The notes below the pieces were generated by a model. It saw only the letters and a program-made list of their open reading frames with translations. It searched no databases and was not told the origin of the DNA. A DNA stretch of 64,000 bases, taken from assembly GCA_965261395.1 (NCBI GenBank), contig OZ253462.1, positions 3,936,001 through 4,000,000 of the forward strand, written 5' to 3'. Below are positions 36,600-46,307 of this stretch, piece by piece (within the stretch, counting starts at the first letter, position 1; every line of letters begins with the position of its first letter). The DNA is from Candidatus Latescibacterota bacterium (lineage in GTDB: Bacteria > Latescibacterota > UBA2968 > UBA8231). The position numbers and the translations under genes were made by a program.

Positions 36600-37430
36600 G
36601 TGATCATCGACACTCATCTGCACGTGTGGAGCGACGACGTGGAGCGCTATCCCTTTGCCGAGGGCCGGACTCAGGTCGGCGGTGGATCCGTGGAATTGCT
36701 CAACCAGACCATGGACGAGGTCGGGGTCGATAAAGCGGTCATTGTGCAGCCGATCCACTATTTGTTCGACAACCGGTACGTGGCCGAGTGTCTGCGTCGC
36801 TTTCCGGGCCGCTTTGCCGCCATTGGCTTGGTCGATCCCAAGGCCCCAGACGCGGCCGACCGACTGGAAAAGTTTGTGCGCGAGGACGGTTTTGGCGGCT
36901 TGCGCATTCACTCGTCGCGGCTCGACCATCCCGCGGAATGGGCCGCCCCCGACCAAGATCCGCTGTGGCGGCGGTCGGAGGAACTGGGCACTTGTTTTAT
37001 TGTCCACGGCCCGGCGGCCAATCTGCCCCACCTGGAGCCCATCATCGGCCGCTTTCCCGAGGTGCCGGTAGTGCTGGACCACATCGGCGGGGCACCGACT
37101 GATGAGGAACCTCCCTTCCCGCTGTTGAGCCACGTACTCGACCTGGCGCGCTTTCCGAGGGTGTACGTGAAATTCATCCCGCAGGCGCACAAGTCCGAGT
37201 TGCCCTTTCCGCACGCGGATACGTTTCCCACCTTCCGCCGCATCTACGATGCCTTTGGGCCGCAGCGGCTGATGTGGGGAACCAATTTCCCCGGCGTAAT
37301 GAAAGGGGTGGGGTACGGGCCGGCCCTGGAGATGTTCCGCGACCACGTCGATTTTCTCACCGACGACGACAAGGCGTGGCTCTTCCACCGCACGGCTTTG
37401 CAGGTGTGGAGCTTTGCAGGAGCGGAGTAG
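36600..37430 (+). CDS. Amidohydrolase_2 family protein (sugar lactonase-like)
   Basis: IIDTHLHVW, VVLDHIG and RLMWGTNFP. Confidence 0.85.
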   Translation: MIIDTHLHVWSDDVERYPFAEGRTQVGGGSVELLNQTMDEVGVDKAVIVQPIHYLFDNRYVAECLRRFPGRFAAIGLVDPKAPDAADRLEKFVREDGFGGLRIHSSRLDHPAEWAAPDQDPLWRRSEELGTCFIVHGPAANLPHLEPIIGRFPEVPVVLDHIGGAPTDEEPPFPLLSHVLDLARFPRVYVKFIPQAHKSELPFPHADTFPTFRRIYDAFGPQRLMWGTNFPGVMKGVGYGPALEMFRDHVDFLTDDDKAWLFHRTALQVWSFAGAE

Positions 37431-37587
37431 TCGCCAACGGAAAAACTTCTTGCTCCAAGCGGTCAGTTCGGCACAAAGCCGACTCGGTAGCAGGGCACAG
37501 AGGTGGCCATTGCGCGTCGGTTTAATCGGGCGGATATTGATCGGGCGTACTCATCCGTTAAAAACGCTTTTAAGAGGAGGAAACCGT

Positions 37588-38892
37588 ATGAGAATGCGGA
37601 TGCTCGGGCTGGCGGCGGCCCTGCTGCTAGCGGTGCAAATGGGTGGTGCCGAAGAAAAAAAGATTACTATCTGGTGGGCGCAATGGGATCCGGCCGCGGC
37701 GCTACAAGAGCTGGGTCACGAGTTCGCCCAAGAGACCGGGATTGCCGTCGAGGTGTACCAGATTCCCTGGCCCGCTTATCAGGATCAAGTCTTTCTCAAT
37801 TTCGGCAACAAGCAGACCGATTTCGACATCGTCGTCGGCGACAGCCAGTGGATCGGCCGCGGCGCGACTAAAGGGCTGTATCTGGAGCTGACCGATTGGC
37901 TGCCTCAAGCCGTTGATATGGGTGCGATTCATCCGCGGGCCGCGCGCTATTTGTGCGAATACCCGCCGGGCAGCAGCCGGTTTTTCGCCGCGCCCTGCCA
38001 GACGGATGCCATTGGCTTTGTCTATCGCCGCGACTGGTTTACAGACCCCACCGAGCAGGAAGCGTTTGCCGCTCGCTACGGCAGGCCGCTCGCCGCGCCC
38101 GACACGTGGGAGGAATTCCGCGACGTGGCCGAGTTTTTCCACCGCCCGGAGCAAAAGCGCTATGGCTGCTCATTGCTGACGGGCCGCGGCTACGACTCCA
38201 TCGTCATGGGCTTTCAGCCCTTTCTCTGGGCTTGGGGCGGCGCTTGGGGCGACCCGCAGAGTCACAAGGTGCAGGGCCACCTCAACACCGAGGGGGCCGT
38301 GGCCGGGCTGGAGTTTTTCAAGTCCCTGCTGCAATTCACGCCCGAAGGCGGCACAAATGCCGATTACTTCTTCAACCTAGAGGCTTTCTCCAACGGCTCC
38401 ACGGCCATGGTCTTGGACTACTTTCCGTTTTATCCGGGCATCGTCGCCAGTATGGGCGATCAAGTCGGCTTCTTCCAGGTGCCGCGCCACGGCGACATGC
38501 GCGTGATCTCGCTGGGCGGACAGGGCTTTAGCATTTCGACTAAGACCACGCCGCAAAAGCAGGAATGGGCCAAGCAGTTTATCGCGTGGTTTTCCCAGAC
38601 CGCCATTCAGGAGAAGTGGATAGCCTATCCCGGCTCGTTCACGGCCAATACCGAGTTGCTGGCGAGCGCGGAATTTGCCGCGGCCGCGCCGTACAACGCC
38701 GTGTTCGCCGCGTCGCTGGATCACTTGCAGGACTTTTGGAACGTGCCGGTGTACAACGAGCTGTTAGCTGCGGCCGTGCGCCACTTAGGCGCGGCCCTCG
38801 ACGGGACGAGCGCGAGTGCCGATGCCTTAGACGCGCTGGCCGCTGAACACGAGATGATTCTGATGGAAGCGGGCCTACTAGAGATGGAATAG
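37588..38892 (+). CDS. Carbohydrate ABC transporter substrate-binding protein
   Basis: GAGGAGG RBS; signal peptide; F...TGI.V, YR.D.F, P.TWEE and LGG.G. Confidence 0.9.
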   Translation: MRMRMLGLAAALLLAVQMGGAEEKKITIWWAQWDPAAALQELGHEFAQETGIAVEVYQIPWPAYQDQVFLNFGNKQTDFDIVVGDSQWIGRGATKGLYLELTDWLPQAVDMGAIHPRAARYLCEYPPGSSRFFAAPCQTDAIGFVYRRDWFTDPTEQEAFAARYGRPLAAPDTWEEFRDVAEFFHRPEQKRYGCSLLTGRGYDSIVMGFQPFLWAWGGAWGDPQSHKVQGHLNTEGAVAGLEFFKSLLQFTPEGGTNADYFFNLEAFSNGSTAMVLDYFPFYPGIVASMGDQVGFFQVPRHGDMRVISLGGQGFSISTKTTPQKQEWAKQFIAWFSQTAIQEKWIAYPGSFTANTELLASAEFAAAAPYNAVFAASLDHLQDFWNVPVYNELLAAAVRHLGAALDGTSASADALDALAAEHEMILMEAGLLEME

Positions 38893-38900
38893 GGGGCGGC

Positions 38901-39797
38901 GTGAGGGGTAGTACGGGCCGGTGCCGTGATTGGACGCCATATGCGTTTGTGGGACCGGCCTTCATTTTGCTCATTGGCGTGAATGTCTTCCCACTGCTAT
39001 ACAGCATCGCGCTCAGCTTCACCAATGTGGACTTGGTCGGTGGGGCGTGGAAGTTCATGGGGGGATTCAACTACGCCGTGGCGTTCAAGTATGCCCAATA
39101 CGGGGCTGCGCTGCGGACGACCGCGCTCTTTGTTTGCGTGGCCGTGGCCGCGGAACTGGTTTTGGGCTTTGCTTTGGCGCTGGCGCTCAAAGATCGCTTC
39201 AGCGGCCGGGCGTTTGCGCTGACCGCACTTTTGGTGCCGATGATGTTGCCGTCGGCCGTGATTGCGCTCTTTTGGAAGCTGGTGCTCAACGGGCACTACG
39301 GCATCCTCAACCAATGCCTCGGCGCGCTGGGGCTGGGCCAACCTCAGTGGATTACCGATCCCGACCTCAAGCTGCTGTCGATTTTGCTGGTTGACGTGTG
39401 GATGTGGACACCGTTTATGATGCTGATCGCGCTGGCGGCGCTCAATGCCATCCCCGGCTATCTGTACGAGGCCGCGGCCATTGACCGGGCCTCGCGGTGG
39501 AAGGTCTTCCGCCGGATTACCCTGCCTTTGTGCGCGCCGCTTTTGGGGCTGGCTGTGCTGCTGAGGGCCACGGACGCGCTCAAGCAGTTCGATTTGGTCA
39601 TGGCCATCACCGGTCCCAACGATCCCGCGACGCAAACGGTGAGTGCACTGCTCTATCAGGTGGTGTTCCGCGACGGCAAAGTGGGGTTGGGCGCGGCGTA
39701 TTCGTACGTGGTGCTGGTGCTGGTGCTCGCGCTGGCCAGTGTGTTTGTGCGCTACATGAGCGGGGTGCAGCGGCGCGAGGAGGCCGGGGCACAGTGA
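38901..39797 (+). CDS. Carbohydrate ABC transporter permease 1
   Basis: Six TM segments; W.WTPF and the EAA loop YEAAAIDRAS. Confidence 0.9.
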   Translation: MRGSTGRCRDWTPYAFVGPAFILLIGVNVFPLLYSIALSFTNVDLVGGAWKFMGGFNYAVAFKYAQYGAALRTTALFVCVAVAAELVLGFALALALKDRFSGRAFALTALLVPMMLPSAVIALFWKLVLNGHYGILNQCLGALGLGQPQWITDPDLKLLSILLVDVWMWTPFMMLIALAALNAIPGYLYEAAAIDRASRWKVFRRITLPLCAPLLGLAVLLRATDALKQFDLVMAITGPNDPATQTVSALLYQVVFRDGKVGLGAAYSYVVLVLVLALASVFVRYMSGVQRREEAGAQ

Positions 39798-40657
39798 AGG
39801 CGCTGCGGATCGCCTTTGTCGGGGGCTATTTTTGCGCGGCCATGCTGCCGCTGATATGGCTCTTGCTGACCTCGTTTAAGACGCGGGACGACAGTATTGC
39901 CGTGTATCCGAAGTTCGCGCCCACTTGGGCCAGTGAGGTCGCGGCTGACGGAATCTACTTCCGCGCCAATCTCGACGGCTACCGCCAACTGGCCGCGGTG
40001 TACGCCGGCGGGGATCACGCCTTTTTCCACTACTTGGGCAACAGCTTGGTCATTGGCCTGCTCAGCACTTTGTGCTCGGTGCTGATCGGCACTTGCGCGG
40101 CCTATGGCTTTAGCCGCTTTGCCATCCCCGGGGGGCGAGACTGGCTGTTCTTCATCCTCTCGACGCGCTTTTTGCCTCCCCTCGCCGTGGTCGTGCCGGT
40201 GTTGATGATGTATCGCGAATTCGATCTCCAGAACAGTCACTTGGGATTGGTGCTGCTGTACACGGCGTTTAACATGTCGCTAGCCGTGTGGCTGATGAAG
40301 GGCTTTATCGACGAAATACCTACGGCGTACGAAGAGGCCGCGTTGGTGGCTGGCTATACCCGCTTCCAAGCCTTCCGCTTGGTCGTCCTGCCACGGGCCG
40401 TGCCCGGGATGGCGGTAACTGCGGTGTTTTGCCTGATTTCGGCGTGGAACGAGTACGGGTTTGCCATGACGCTCAACAACCAAAAGGCCGTTACGGTGCC
40501 GGTTTACTTCGCTGGTTTGCAGGGCAATGTGTCGGGCTTGCCGTGGGCACAGATCAGCGCGGGAATGCTGATTTTTGTCGCGCCGATCATCGTCTTTACG
40601 GTCTTGGTGCGCAAGCATCTGCTGCGCGGCGTCACCTTTGGGACGATCAAGCGATGA
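39794..40657 (+). CDS. Carbohydrate ABC transporter permease 2
   Basis: GTGA overlap start; EAA loop EEAALVAG; WNEY. Confidence 0.9.
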   Translation: MKALRIAFVGGYFCAAMLPLIWLLLTSFKTRDDSIAVYPKFAPTWASEVAADGIYFRANLDGYRQLAAVYAGGDHAFFHYLGNSLVIGLLSTLCSVLIGTCAAYGFSRFAIPGGRDWLFFILSTRFLPPLAVVVPVLMMYREFDLQNSHLGLVLLYTAFNMSLAVWLMKGFIDEIPTAYEEAALVAGYTRFQAFRLVVLPRAVPGMAVTAVFCLISAWNEYGFAMTLNNQKAVTVPVYFAGLQGNVSGLPWAQISAGMLIFVAPIIVFTVLVRKHLLRGVTFGTIKR

Positions 40658-40818
40658 GCCGCTGGTTGGATCGCTGCGCCCTCGTGGGCATGGTCGCCGG
40701 CGTGGGATTGATGCTGCAACCGTTCTGGGGGGTGGGGCTGAAGTATGGGTTTTTTGTCGCGATCGTCTGCACGCTGTTGCACGTTGTAACTTCGCGTCGG
40801 CAGATGGACGAGCCATGA
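40654..40818 (+). CDS. 54-aa two-TM membrane protein inside the ABC operon
   Basis: ATGA overlaps at both ends; MSRWLDRCALVGMVAGVGLMLQPFWGVGLKYGFFVAIVCTLLHVVTSR. Confidence 0.7.
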   Translation: MSRWLDRCALVGMVAGVGLMLQPFWGVGLKYGFFVAIVCTLLHVVTSRRQMDEP

Positions 40819-41855
40819 GCTTTCTCGAGTGCCGGGATTTGGTCAAGACCTATGCCGACGGCACGCGCGCGGTCCGGGGCATTGACTTGCGCTGCGACGC
40901 GGGCGAGTTCGCCGTGCTGTTGGGGCCTTCCGGGTGCGGCAAGACGACTACGCTGCGGATGGTCGCTGGCCTCGAAAAGCCTACGGCCGGGCAGATTGTG
41001 CTGGCCAGCGCGGACATCACCGATCACTCGCCCGCCGAGCGGGACGTGGGGTTTGCGTTTCAGTTTTACGCGCTTTATCCGCACCTGAAGGTCGAGGACA
41101 ACATTGGCTTTCCGCTGGAGAGCATGGGATTGAATCGTCGGGAACGTCGGCAGCGGGTGGCCGACATTGTCGAGCGGTTGGGGCTGGGCGCGTTGGTCGG
41201 GCGCTATCCTCGGCAGCTATCGGGTGGCGATCAGCAGCGGGTGGCCTTGGCGCGGGCCATGGTGCGGCGGCCGCAGATCTACCTGATGGACGAGCCGTTG
41301 GGCACGCTCGACGCGGATTTGCGGCTGGAGATGCGGGAGATGATTCGTGCCCAGCAGCTCGACGCTGGGATCGCCACCTTGTATGTGACCCACGACCAAG
41401 AGGAGGCCATGAGCTTGGCCGATCAAGTGGTGGTCATGGACGAGGGCCGGATTCGCCAGAGCGGGGCTGCGGCCTTGGTGTACGACCAGCCGGCTGACCT
41501 GTTTGTGGCGCACTTTATTGGCAGTCCCAGCATGAACTTCATTAGCGGGGAGGTCCGCGAGGACTGTTTTGTTGCGCTTGGGTTGGTTTGGCCGCTGGCC
41601 GAGCGGGTGCGGCCGGGGCCAGCGACGCTAGGGGTGCGGCCGGAGTTCGTGCGGCCGGCTGACGAAGCGCGGCTGCGGGCTGAGGTGGTGCGCGACGAAT
41701 ATCAAGGCGCGTGTCGCCATATCCACTTGCAGGCTGAGTGCGGTCGGCTGGTCATGCGGGTGGCCGATCGGGAGTGGGTGGCTGTGGGTGCGGCCTTGGG
41801 CTTAGACTTTGCTCAGGCGCTGTTGTTTGATCCGACGAGCGGCAAGCGGCTCTAA
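40815..41855 (+). CDS. MalK-like ABC ATPase 1
   Basis: GPSGCGKT, LSGGDQQR, LMDEP and YVTHDQ. Confidence 0.92.
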   Translation: MSFLECRDLVKTYADGTRAVRGIDLRCDAGEFAVLLGPSGCGKTTTLRMVAGLEKPTAGQIVLASADITDHSPAERDVGFAFQFYALYPHLKVEDNIGFPLESMGLNRRERRQRVADIVERLGLGALVGRYPRQLSGGDQQRVALARAMVRRPQIYLMDEPLGTLDADLRLEMREMIRAQQLDAGIATLYVTHDQEEAMSLADQVVVMDEGRIRQSGAAALVYDQPADLFVAHFIGSPSMNFISGEVREDCFVALGLVWPLAERVRPGPATLGVRPEFVRPADEARLRAEVVRDEYQGACRHIHLQAECGRLVMRVADREWVAVGAALGLDFAQALLFDPTSGKRL

Positions 41856-41857
41856 AA

Positions 41858-42886
41858 ATGTCCTGGTTGCAGCTAAAAGAAGTGACGCGGCGCTTTGGTA
41901 AGGCCGAGGTCTTGTCTGGCATTGACCTGTCGCTGGGGGCCGACGAGATGCTGGTGGTGCTGGGGCCGACCGGCGCGGGCAAGACCACGCTGCTGCGGAT
42001 CGTCGCCGGGTTGGATGCGCCCGACGTCGGACAGGTCGAGATGGACGGCGAGGAGGTGACGCACTGGCCGCCGGCCGACCGCGACATTGCGTTTGTCTTC
42101 CAGCACTTTGCGCTCTATCCCGACTGGAGCGTGCGGCGCAACTTGGAATTTCCGCTCAAGGCACCGCGTCGGCAGATGACGGGCGACGAGATTGACCAGC
42201 GCGTCGGCTGGGCGGCTGAATTGCTGAAGATCGAGCGGTTGCTCGACCGGCCGGCGGCCCGCCTGTCGGGTGGGGAAATGCAGCGGGTGGCCATTGGGCA
42301 GGCGATTGTGCGGCGGCCGCGGCTGTTTCTCTTTGACGAGCCGCTGACCAATTTGGACGCCAAGCTGCGGGAGTCCCTTCGCTTAGAGCTGGCCCTGCTG
42401 CGGCAGGAACTGGGCATCCCGGCGATCTATGTGACCCACGACCAAGCCGAGGCCCTGTCTATGGGCGATTCCATCGCCGTGCTGGCCGAGGGGCAGATTT
42501 TGCAGCAGGGCAGCCCGGAGGTCATTTATCGCCAGCCGGTCTCGCCCGTAGTGGCGCGCCAATTGGGTCAACCCGCGATCAACATTCTCAGCGTCGAGCG
42601 GCGCGGGGATGCGTGGATTGGCCCGAAGGAAGCCGAGCGGATGCCAGCGCTGAGCGGCGCGGGGGAGATGCTGCTCGGCGTCCGGCCGGAGGACATCGCG
42701 CCGGAAGGGGGGGCCGTGCCGGGGGTGGTACGCGTCGTCGAGGACGCTGGAGCCGCGTGGATTTTATGGGTGGATTGGGCCGGGGCGTCCATCCACATCA
42801 TCGCGTCTAAGGAACGGCGTTTTGCCCCGGGAGAGACCGTGTATCCGCGCATTGACGCGGAGCGGGCGCTGCTCTGGCCATGCTAA
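41858..42886 (+). CDS. MalK-like ABC ATPase 2
   Basis: GPTGAGKT, LSGGEMQR, LFDEP and YVTHDQ. Confidence 0.92.
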   Translation: MSWLQLKEVTRRFGKAEVLSGIDLSLGADEMLVVLGPTGAGKTTLLRIVAGLDAPDVGQVEMDGEEVTHWPPADRDIAFVFQHFALYPDWSVRRNLEFPLKAPRRQMTGDEIDQRVGWAAELLKIERLLDRPAARLSGGEMQRVAIGQAIVRRPRLFLFDEPLTNLDAKLRESLRLELALLRQELGIPAIYVTHDQAEALSMGDSIAVLAEGQILQQGSPEVIYRQPVSPVVARQLGQPAINILSVERRGDAWIGPKEAERMPALSGAGEMLLGVRPEDIAPEGGAVPGVVRVVEDAGAAWILWVDWAGASIHIIASKERRFAPGETVYPRIDAERALLWPC

Positions 42887-42914
42887 CTGGAGAGGCTTAA
42901 AAAGGAAGGCACTT

Positions 42915-44795
42915 TCAGTACGCCGCATACACGACGCCGGTTTGCTCGACCTTTTCCTGGTCGGTATTGGCCCAAACCCGATACAGGTAAATCCCCGGCG
43001 GCACCAAACCGCCGGCCTCGTCCCGACCATCCCACGCCCGCTCATACTCGCCGATCCCATCCGCGCCTGAATACACCTGCCGCACCCGGCGACCCGACAA
43101 ATCCCACACCTCCACCGCTACCTGCGCACTACCTGTAATCTCCAAGATGTCGTAGTAGATGCCTACCACGTCGTTGCGGCCATCGCCATTGGGCGTAAAA
43201 ATGGTCGGCTCGACTCGCGCCTGCAACAGCTCCTGTCCCTGCGCGGCGGTGACCACCGACACCCGGTTGCCCTCGTATTTCGCCGTAGCGTCCCCCGCAT
43301 TGACCCCCTGCGGTACCTCCAAAGGCCGGCCGCTGTCCGACACCTGCGCCGCAAAGATAGCCCCGTAGCGCAGCACCTGTGCTGCGAAGTCGACCTCGAC
43401 CAGCGTCCCCGAGTCCCGCTCCTCGAGGCGCGGGAAACTGACCGCCAGCCGATGCGGCTCCTCGGCTTCCACCGCAAAGGCCACGGGCACGTCGCCGATG
43501 CGCACCGCCTCCACCGCGTTGATGATCGAGGAGGTCTCAATTTCCAGCCGGTCAAAACCGACATCGCCCGGGTGAATCGTCGGCCGCAACGCATAGGTGA
43601 AGGACGATTGCTGCCCTACTTTTGCTTCGACAGGCCAGACCTCGCCCACTAGGTTCGTCGCCACCGGCTCGGAGGCACGCAACTCCACGAAACCCACCCG
43701 GCCGCCGGCGTTTTCTTGCGGCAGAAAATCGACCTTGAACTGGAAGTAGCGTCTGGGGCTCGCCGACACTACCGGAGTGCCGCTGCTGTCGGCAAAGTCA
43801 TAGGGTGCCGACCAGAAGGTCCAGTGGTCGAGGTCGTGGGTGATGCCGGCCTTTTCGTTGACTTTGAGGTCGTTGTAGCCGGCGCGACTCACCTCGATTT
43901 TGCCGCCGCGGCCGGTGAAGCGCCAGAACGCGTCTGCATCGTTGTCCAGGCCGCTACGGGTTTGGATGAGGACCTGGGCTCCGGGCTCCTGAACTCCAGA
44001 CCAACGCAGATCGCCCCAGGCCATGGGCCGCTCGAAATCGATGACATCGGAAATATAGGTGGCGTGTTTGACGAACCCCTTGGCGTAGACTTCTATCTCG
44101 TTCACTTCCCAGTCCGTGTTGTGCTCGGCCAAGGCCACTTGGACGAACTCTACTGCCTCGTGCGGTGGGATGGGAATGTCGAGGGTTTGCTTCCGGTTGT
44201 CTCGCACCTCGACAATCCAGGGCGATTTCGGAGGAACGGTGCCGTAGTTAACTATGGGTAGCGGGCCGATGTGGACGCGGAGGATCCCCACGGTTCGGCT
44301 CGGCTCGGTCAACCCGGATATCACCCGAATCCGGTCGATGGTGTAGAGACCGCCTAGGAAGATATTGGCCGTGCCCCCCCGCCCGAAATCGTCGGTGCAA
44401 GCCCCGGATATGATGCTGTGTTCGGCGCACAGATACTTTTCCGCCAGCCAGAAAGTACCCGTGTCCCCATCCCATACCTCTACATTTACATCGGCTCTTA
44501 AATACGCCCCTCCCCGCTCTTCGATCCCGGGTGCTATGTTGAAGTCTGGATTGCGTTTGAGGGGCTGGATACCGGCACTATCCACGGCTAAGTCAATGGT
44601 TTCCCCATGGGGTTCGGCATCGAAATCCATCCAGCTCAACTGTCTGAAGTCCACCCCGACCCGGCCTTCCTCAGGGGGTTTGGGCTGATCTTCACCGCCG
44701 AACCGGTAAATGGCCAGACCCGAGGCCGGGCCGGCCCAAAAACCGAGCGTCGAAGAAAAAACCCAGACTAGGGAAAGGAATCGTGCCATTTTCAT
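42915..44795 (-). CDS. Secreted protein with a C-terminal FlgD-Ig/CHU_C-like domain; paralog of 23798..26935
   Basis: Signal peptide; shares W.....PG..V.I.TR.G, W..WS..Y, S.S.RR..Q and EVWP blocks; C-terminal FTPNGDGRND...DLSGRRVR...WDGRDE.G..VPPGIY. Confidence 0.8.
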   Translation of the reverse strand: MKMARFLSLVWVFSSTLGFWAGPASGLAIYRFGGEDQPKPPEEGRVGVDFRQLSWMDFDAEPHGETIDLAVDSAGIQPLKRNPDFNIAPGIEERGGAYLRADVNVEVWDGDTGTFWLAEKYLCAEHSIISGACTDDFGRGGTANIFLGGLYTIDRIRVISGLTEPSRTVGILRVHIGPLPIVNYGTVPPKSPWIVEVRDNRKQTLDIPIPPHEAVEFVQVALAEHNTDWEVNEIEVYAKGFVKHATYISDVIDFERPMAWGDLRWSGVQEPGAQVLIQTRSGLDNDADAFWRFTGRGGKIEVSRAGYNDLKVNEKAGITHDLDHWTFWSAPYDFADSSGTPVVSASPRRYFQFKVDFLPQENAGGRVGFVELRASEPVATNLVGEVWPVEAKVGQQSSFTYALRPTIHPGDVGFDRLEIETSSIINAVEAVRIGDVPVAFAVEAEEPHRLAVSFPRLEERDSGTLVEVDFAAQVLRYGAIFAAQVSDSGRPLEVPQGVNAGDATAKYEGNRVSVVTAAQGQELLQARVEPTIFTPNGDGRNDVVGIYYDILEITGSAQVAVEVWDLSGRRVRQVYSGADGIGEYERAWDGRDEAGGLVPPGIYLYRVWANTDQEKVEQTGVVYAAY

Positions 44796-44813
44796 CGGCG
44801 TTCACTCCGCAAA

Positions 44814-46274
44814 TTATTGAGCGGCATAGATAGCAAATAGTCTGGCGCGGTCCAGGTACACTTTGGCCTTGAGCCCCCCTCGCATTTGTGAGACCATCTT
44901 CTGTTCGAGGCCGCCCGCTTTGATCCCGTCCGCGCCTTGCCGATCGCCTTTCCATTGTACCCGGTATTCTGTTTCATCGGCCGAGAAGGGTATGCAGTCG
45001 TCGCGGCCAAAACCCGGCACGACCCGGTCAAACGGATCGACAAGCTCCACTTGCAGTGAGCCGCCGCTGGCGTCGGCGTTGATCCACAATGCGTGGGGAT
45101 CAATGTTCAGTGGAACCGTGGTCGCGACCCCCTGAGCGTCCGTCTTCAGACAGACTAGGCGATCCTTGGCGATCTTTGCCAGATTGATTCCCCGCTGGAG
45201 TTCCTCGCCGCCGCGTGGGGGCTCGCCGTGCAGGTCATTCGAGCCGCCGTGATAGACCCATATCTCCTCGCCCCGGACAAAAGGGGCATGCGGGGGATAG
45301 ACACTTCCACAATCATAGCTGCCCCGGGGGCCGCAGAGCAGAATTGGTTCGCGGTTGCCCGCCCGATGCCAGGTGCGACCGTCCTTCGAGTAGGTCAACT
45401 GAACGTCCATCTGGTTCATCCATGCGGGCATCCAATCTTCGATCTGGTTCTGGGCGATCCACCCCTCGTGGAGCGTGTGAAACACGGACAGGAAGCCGAT
45501 GCGCAAGTCGCGATACGCCAGCGAACTCATGCCGTAAAACTCGTGGTCCTGGGGGGGATCGAGTTCATCGGGGGCGACGATGATCTGGCGCGGGGTCCAG
45601 TTTTCAAAATCATCGCTCTCGGTCATGCAAATGATGCGCACGTTGGGCCGGCCCCGCAGATAGACGACGTAGCGGTGGATTTTGGCATCCCAATAAGCGA
45701 CCAGATGGGTGTCTGATCCCTGTGGGATGACCGGGTTGAGCCAGTGTCGGGGCACGTCCCAATGGATCCCGTCGGCAGAATACGCCACGCAGACCGGCTG
45801 GACAATGCCGGCGAATATCATGTCGCCGCTCTGGAACATAAAGAGCATCTTGTAGCGCTTGGCTGGATCTGTTTCAATGGGGTCTTTCATAACTCCGGTC
45901 CCAGCTCCCCACCTGAAGAATGGAAAGACTAGGTTATTCTCTTTGCTGCCGCCGTCCTCGAAGAGATTGAGGACGGGTTTTTCCCAGTGGATCCCGTCTT
46001 GGGAGACGGCATAGGCCAGTCCGTCCGCCTGGTCACCGCGCGCTTCGCTCAATTTTCGGCCCACGCCGTACCACATCTTGAAGATGTTTTCGTCGTCGTC
46101 GTACAGGACATTGATGTAGCTGCCGATCAGCCACTCATCTTCCCAGGCTCGATCTTTCTCGATCAGCGGTTGTGGCGAAACCTTCTTTGCGGGTACGACC
46201 CCTTGCACGACACCGTCGAGACTTTCGATAGACGCATCGTCAATGAACAAAAAGGCCGATTTCTCGTCCGTCAT
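44814..46274 (-). CDS. Putative five-bladed beta-propeller glycoside hydrolase-like protein
   Basis: Repeated Asp-box S.DG..W (SQDGIHW, SADGIHW, SDDFENW, SKDGRTW) and FKMWY; start at the second ATG, after AGGAG. Confidence 0.7.
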   Translation of the reverse strand: MTDEKSAFLFIDDASIESLDGVVQGVVPAKKVSPQPLIEKDRAWEDEWLIGSYINVLYDDDENIFKMWYGVGRKLSEARGDQADGLAYAVSQDGIHWEKPVLNLFEDGGSKENNLVFPFFRWGAGTGVMKDPIETDPAKRYKMLFMFQSGDMIFAGIVQPVCVAYSADGIHWDVPRHWLNPVIPQGSDTHLVAYWDAKIHRYVVYLRGRPNVRIICMTESDDFENWTPRQIIVAPDELDPPQDHEFYGMSSLAYRDLRIGFLSVFHTLHEGWIAQNQIEDWMPAWMNQMDVQLTYSKDGRTWHRAGNREPILLCGPRGSYDCGSVYPPHAPFVRGEEIWVYHGGSNDLHGEPPRGGEELQRGINLAKIAKDRLVCLKTDAQGVATTVPLNIDPHALWINADASGGSLQVELVDPFDRVVPGFGRDDCIPFSADETEYRVQWKGDRQGADGIKAGGLEQKMVSQMRGGLKAKVYLDRARLFAIYAAQ

Positions 46275-46307
46275 GTTATTTCTCCTCATGAAGTGTCTGC
46301 AACATTT

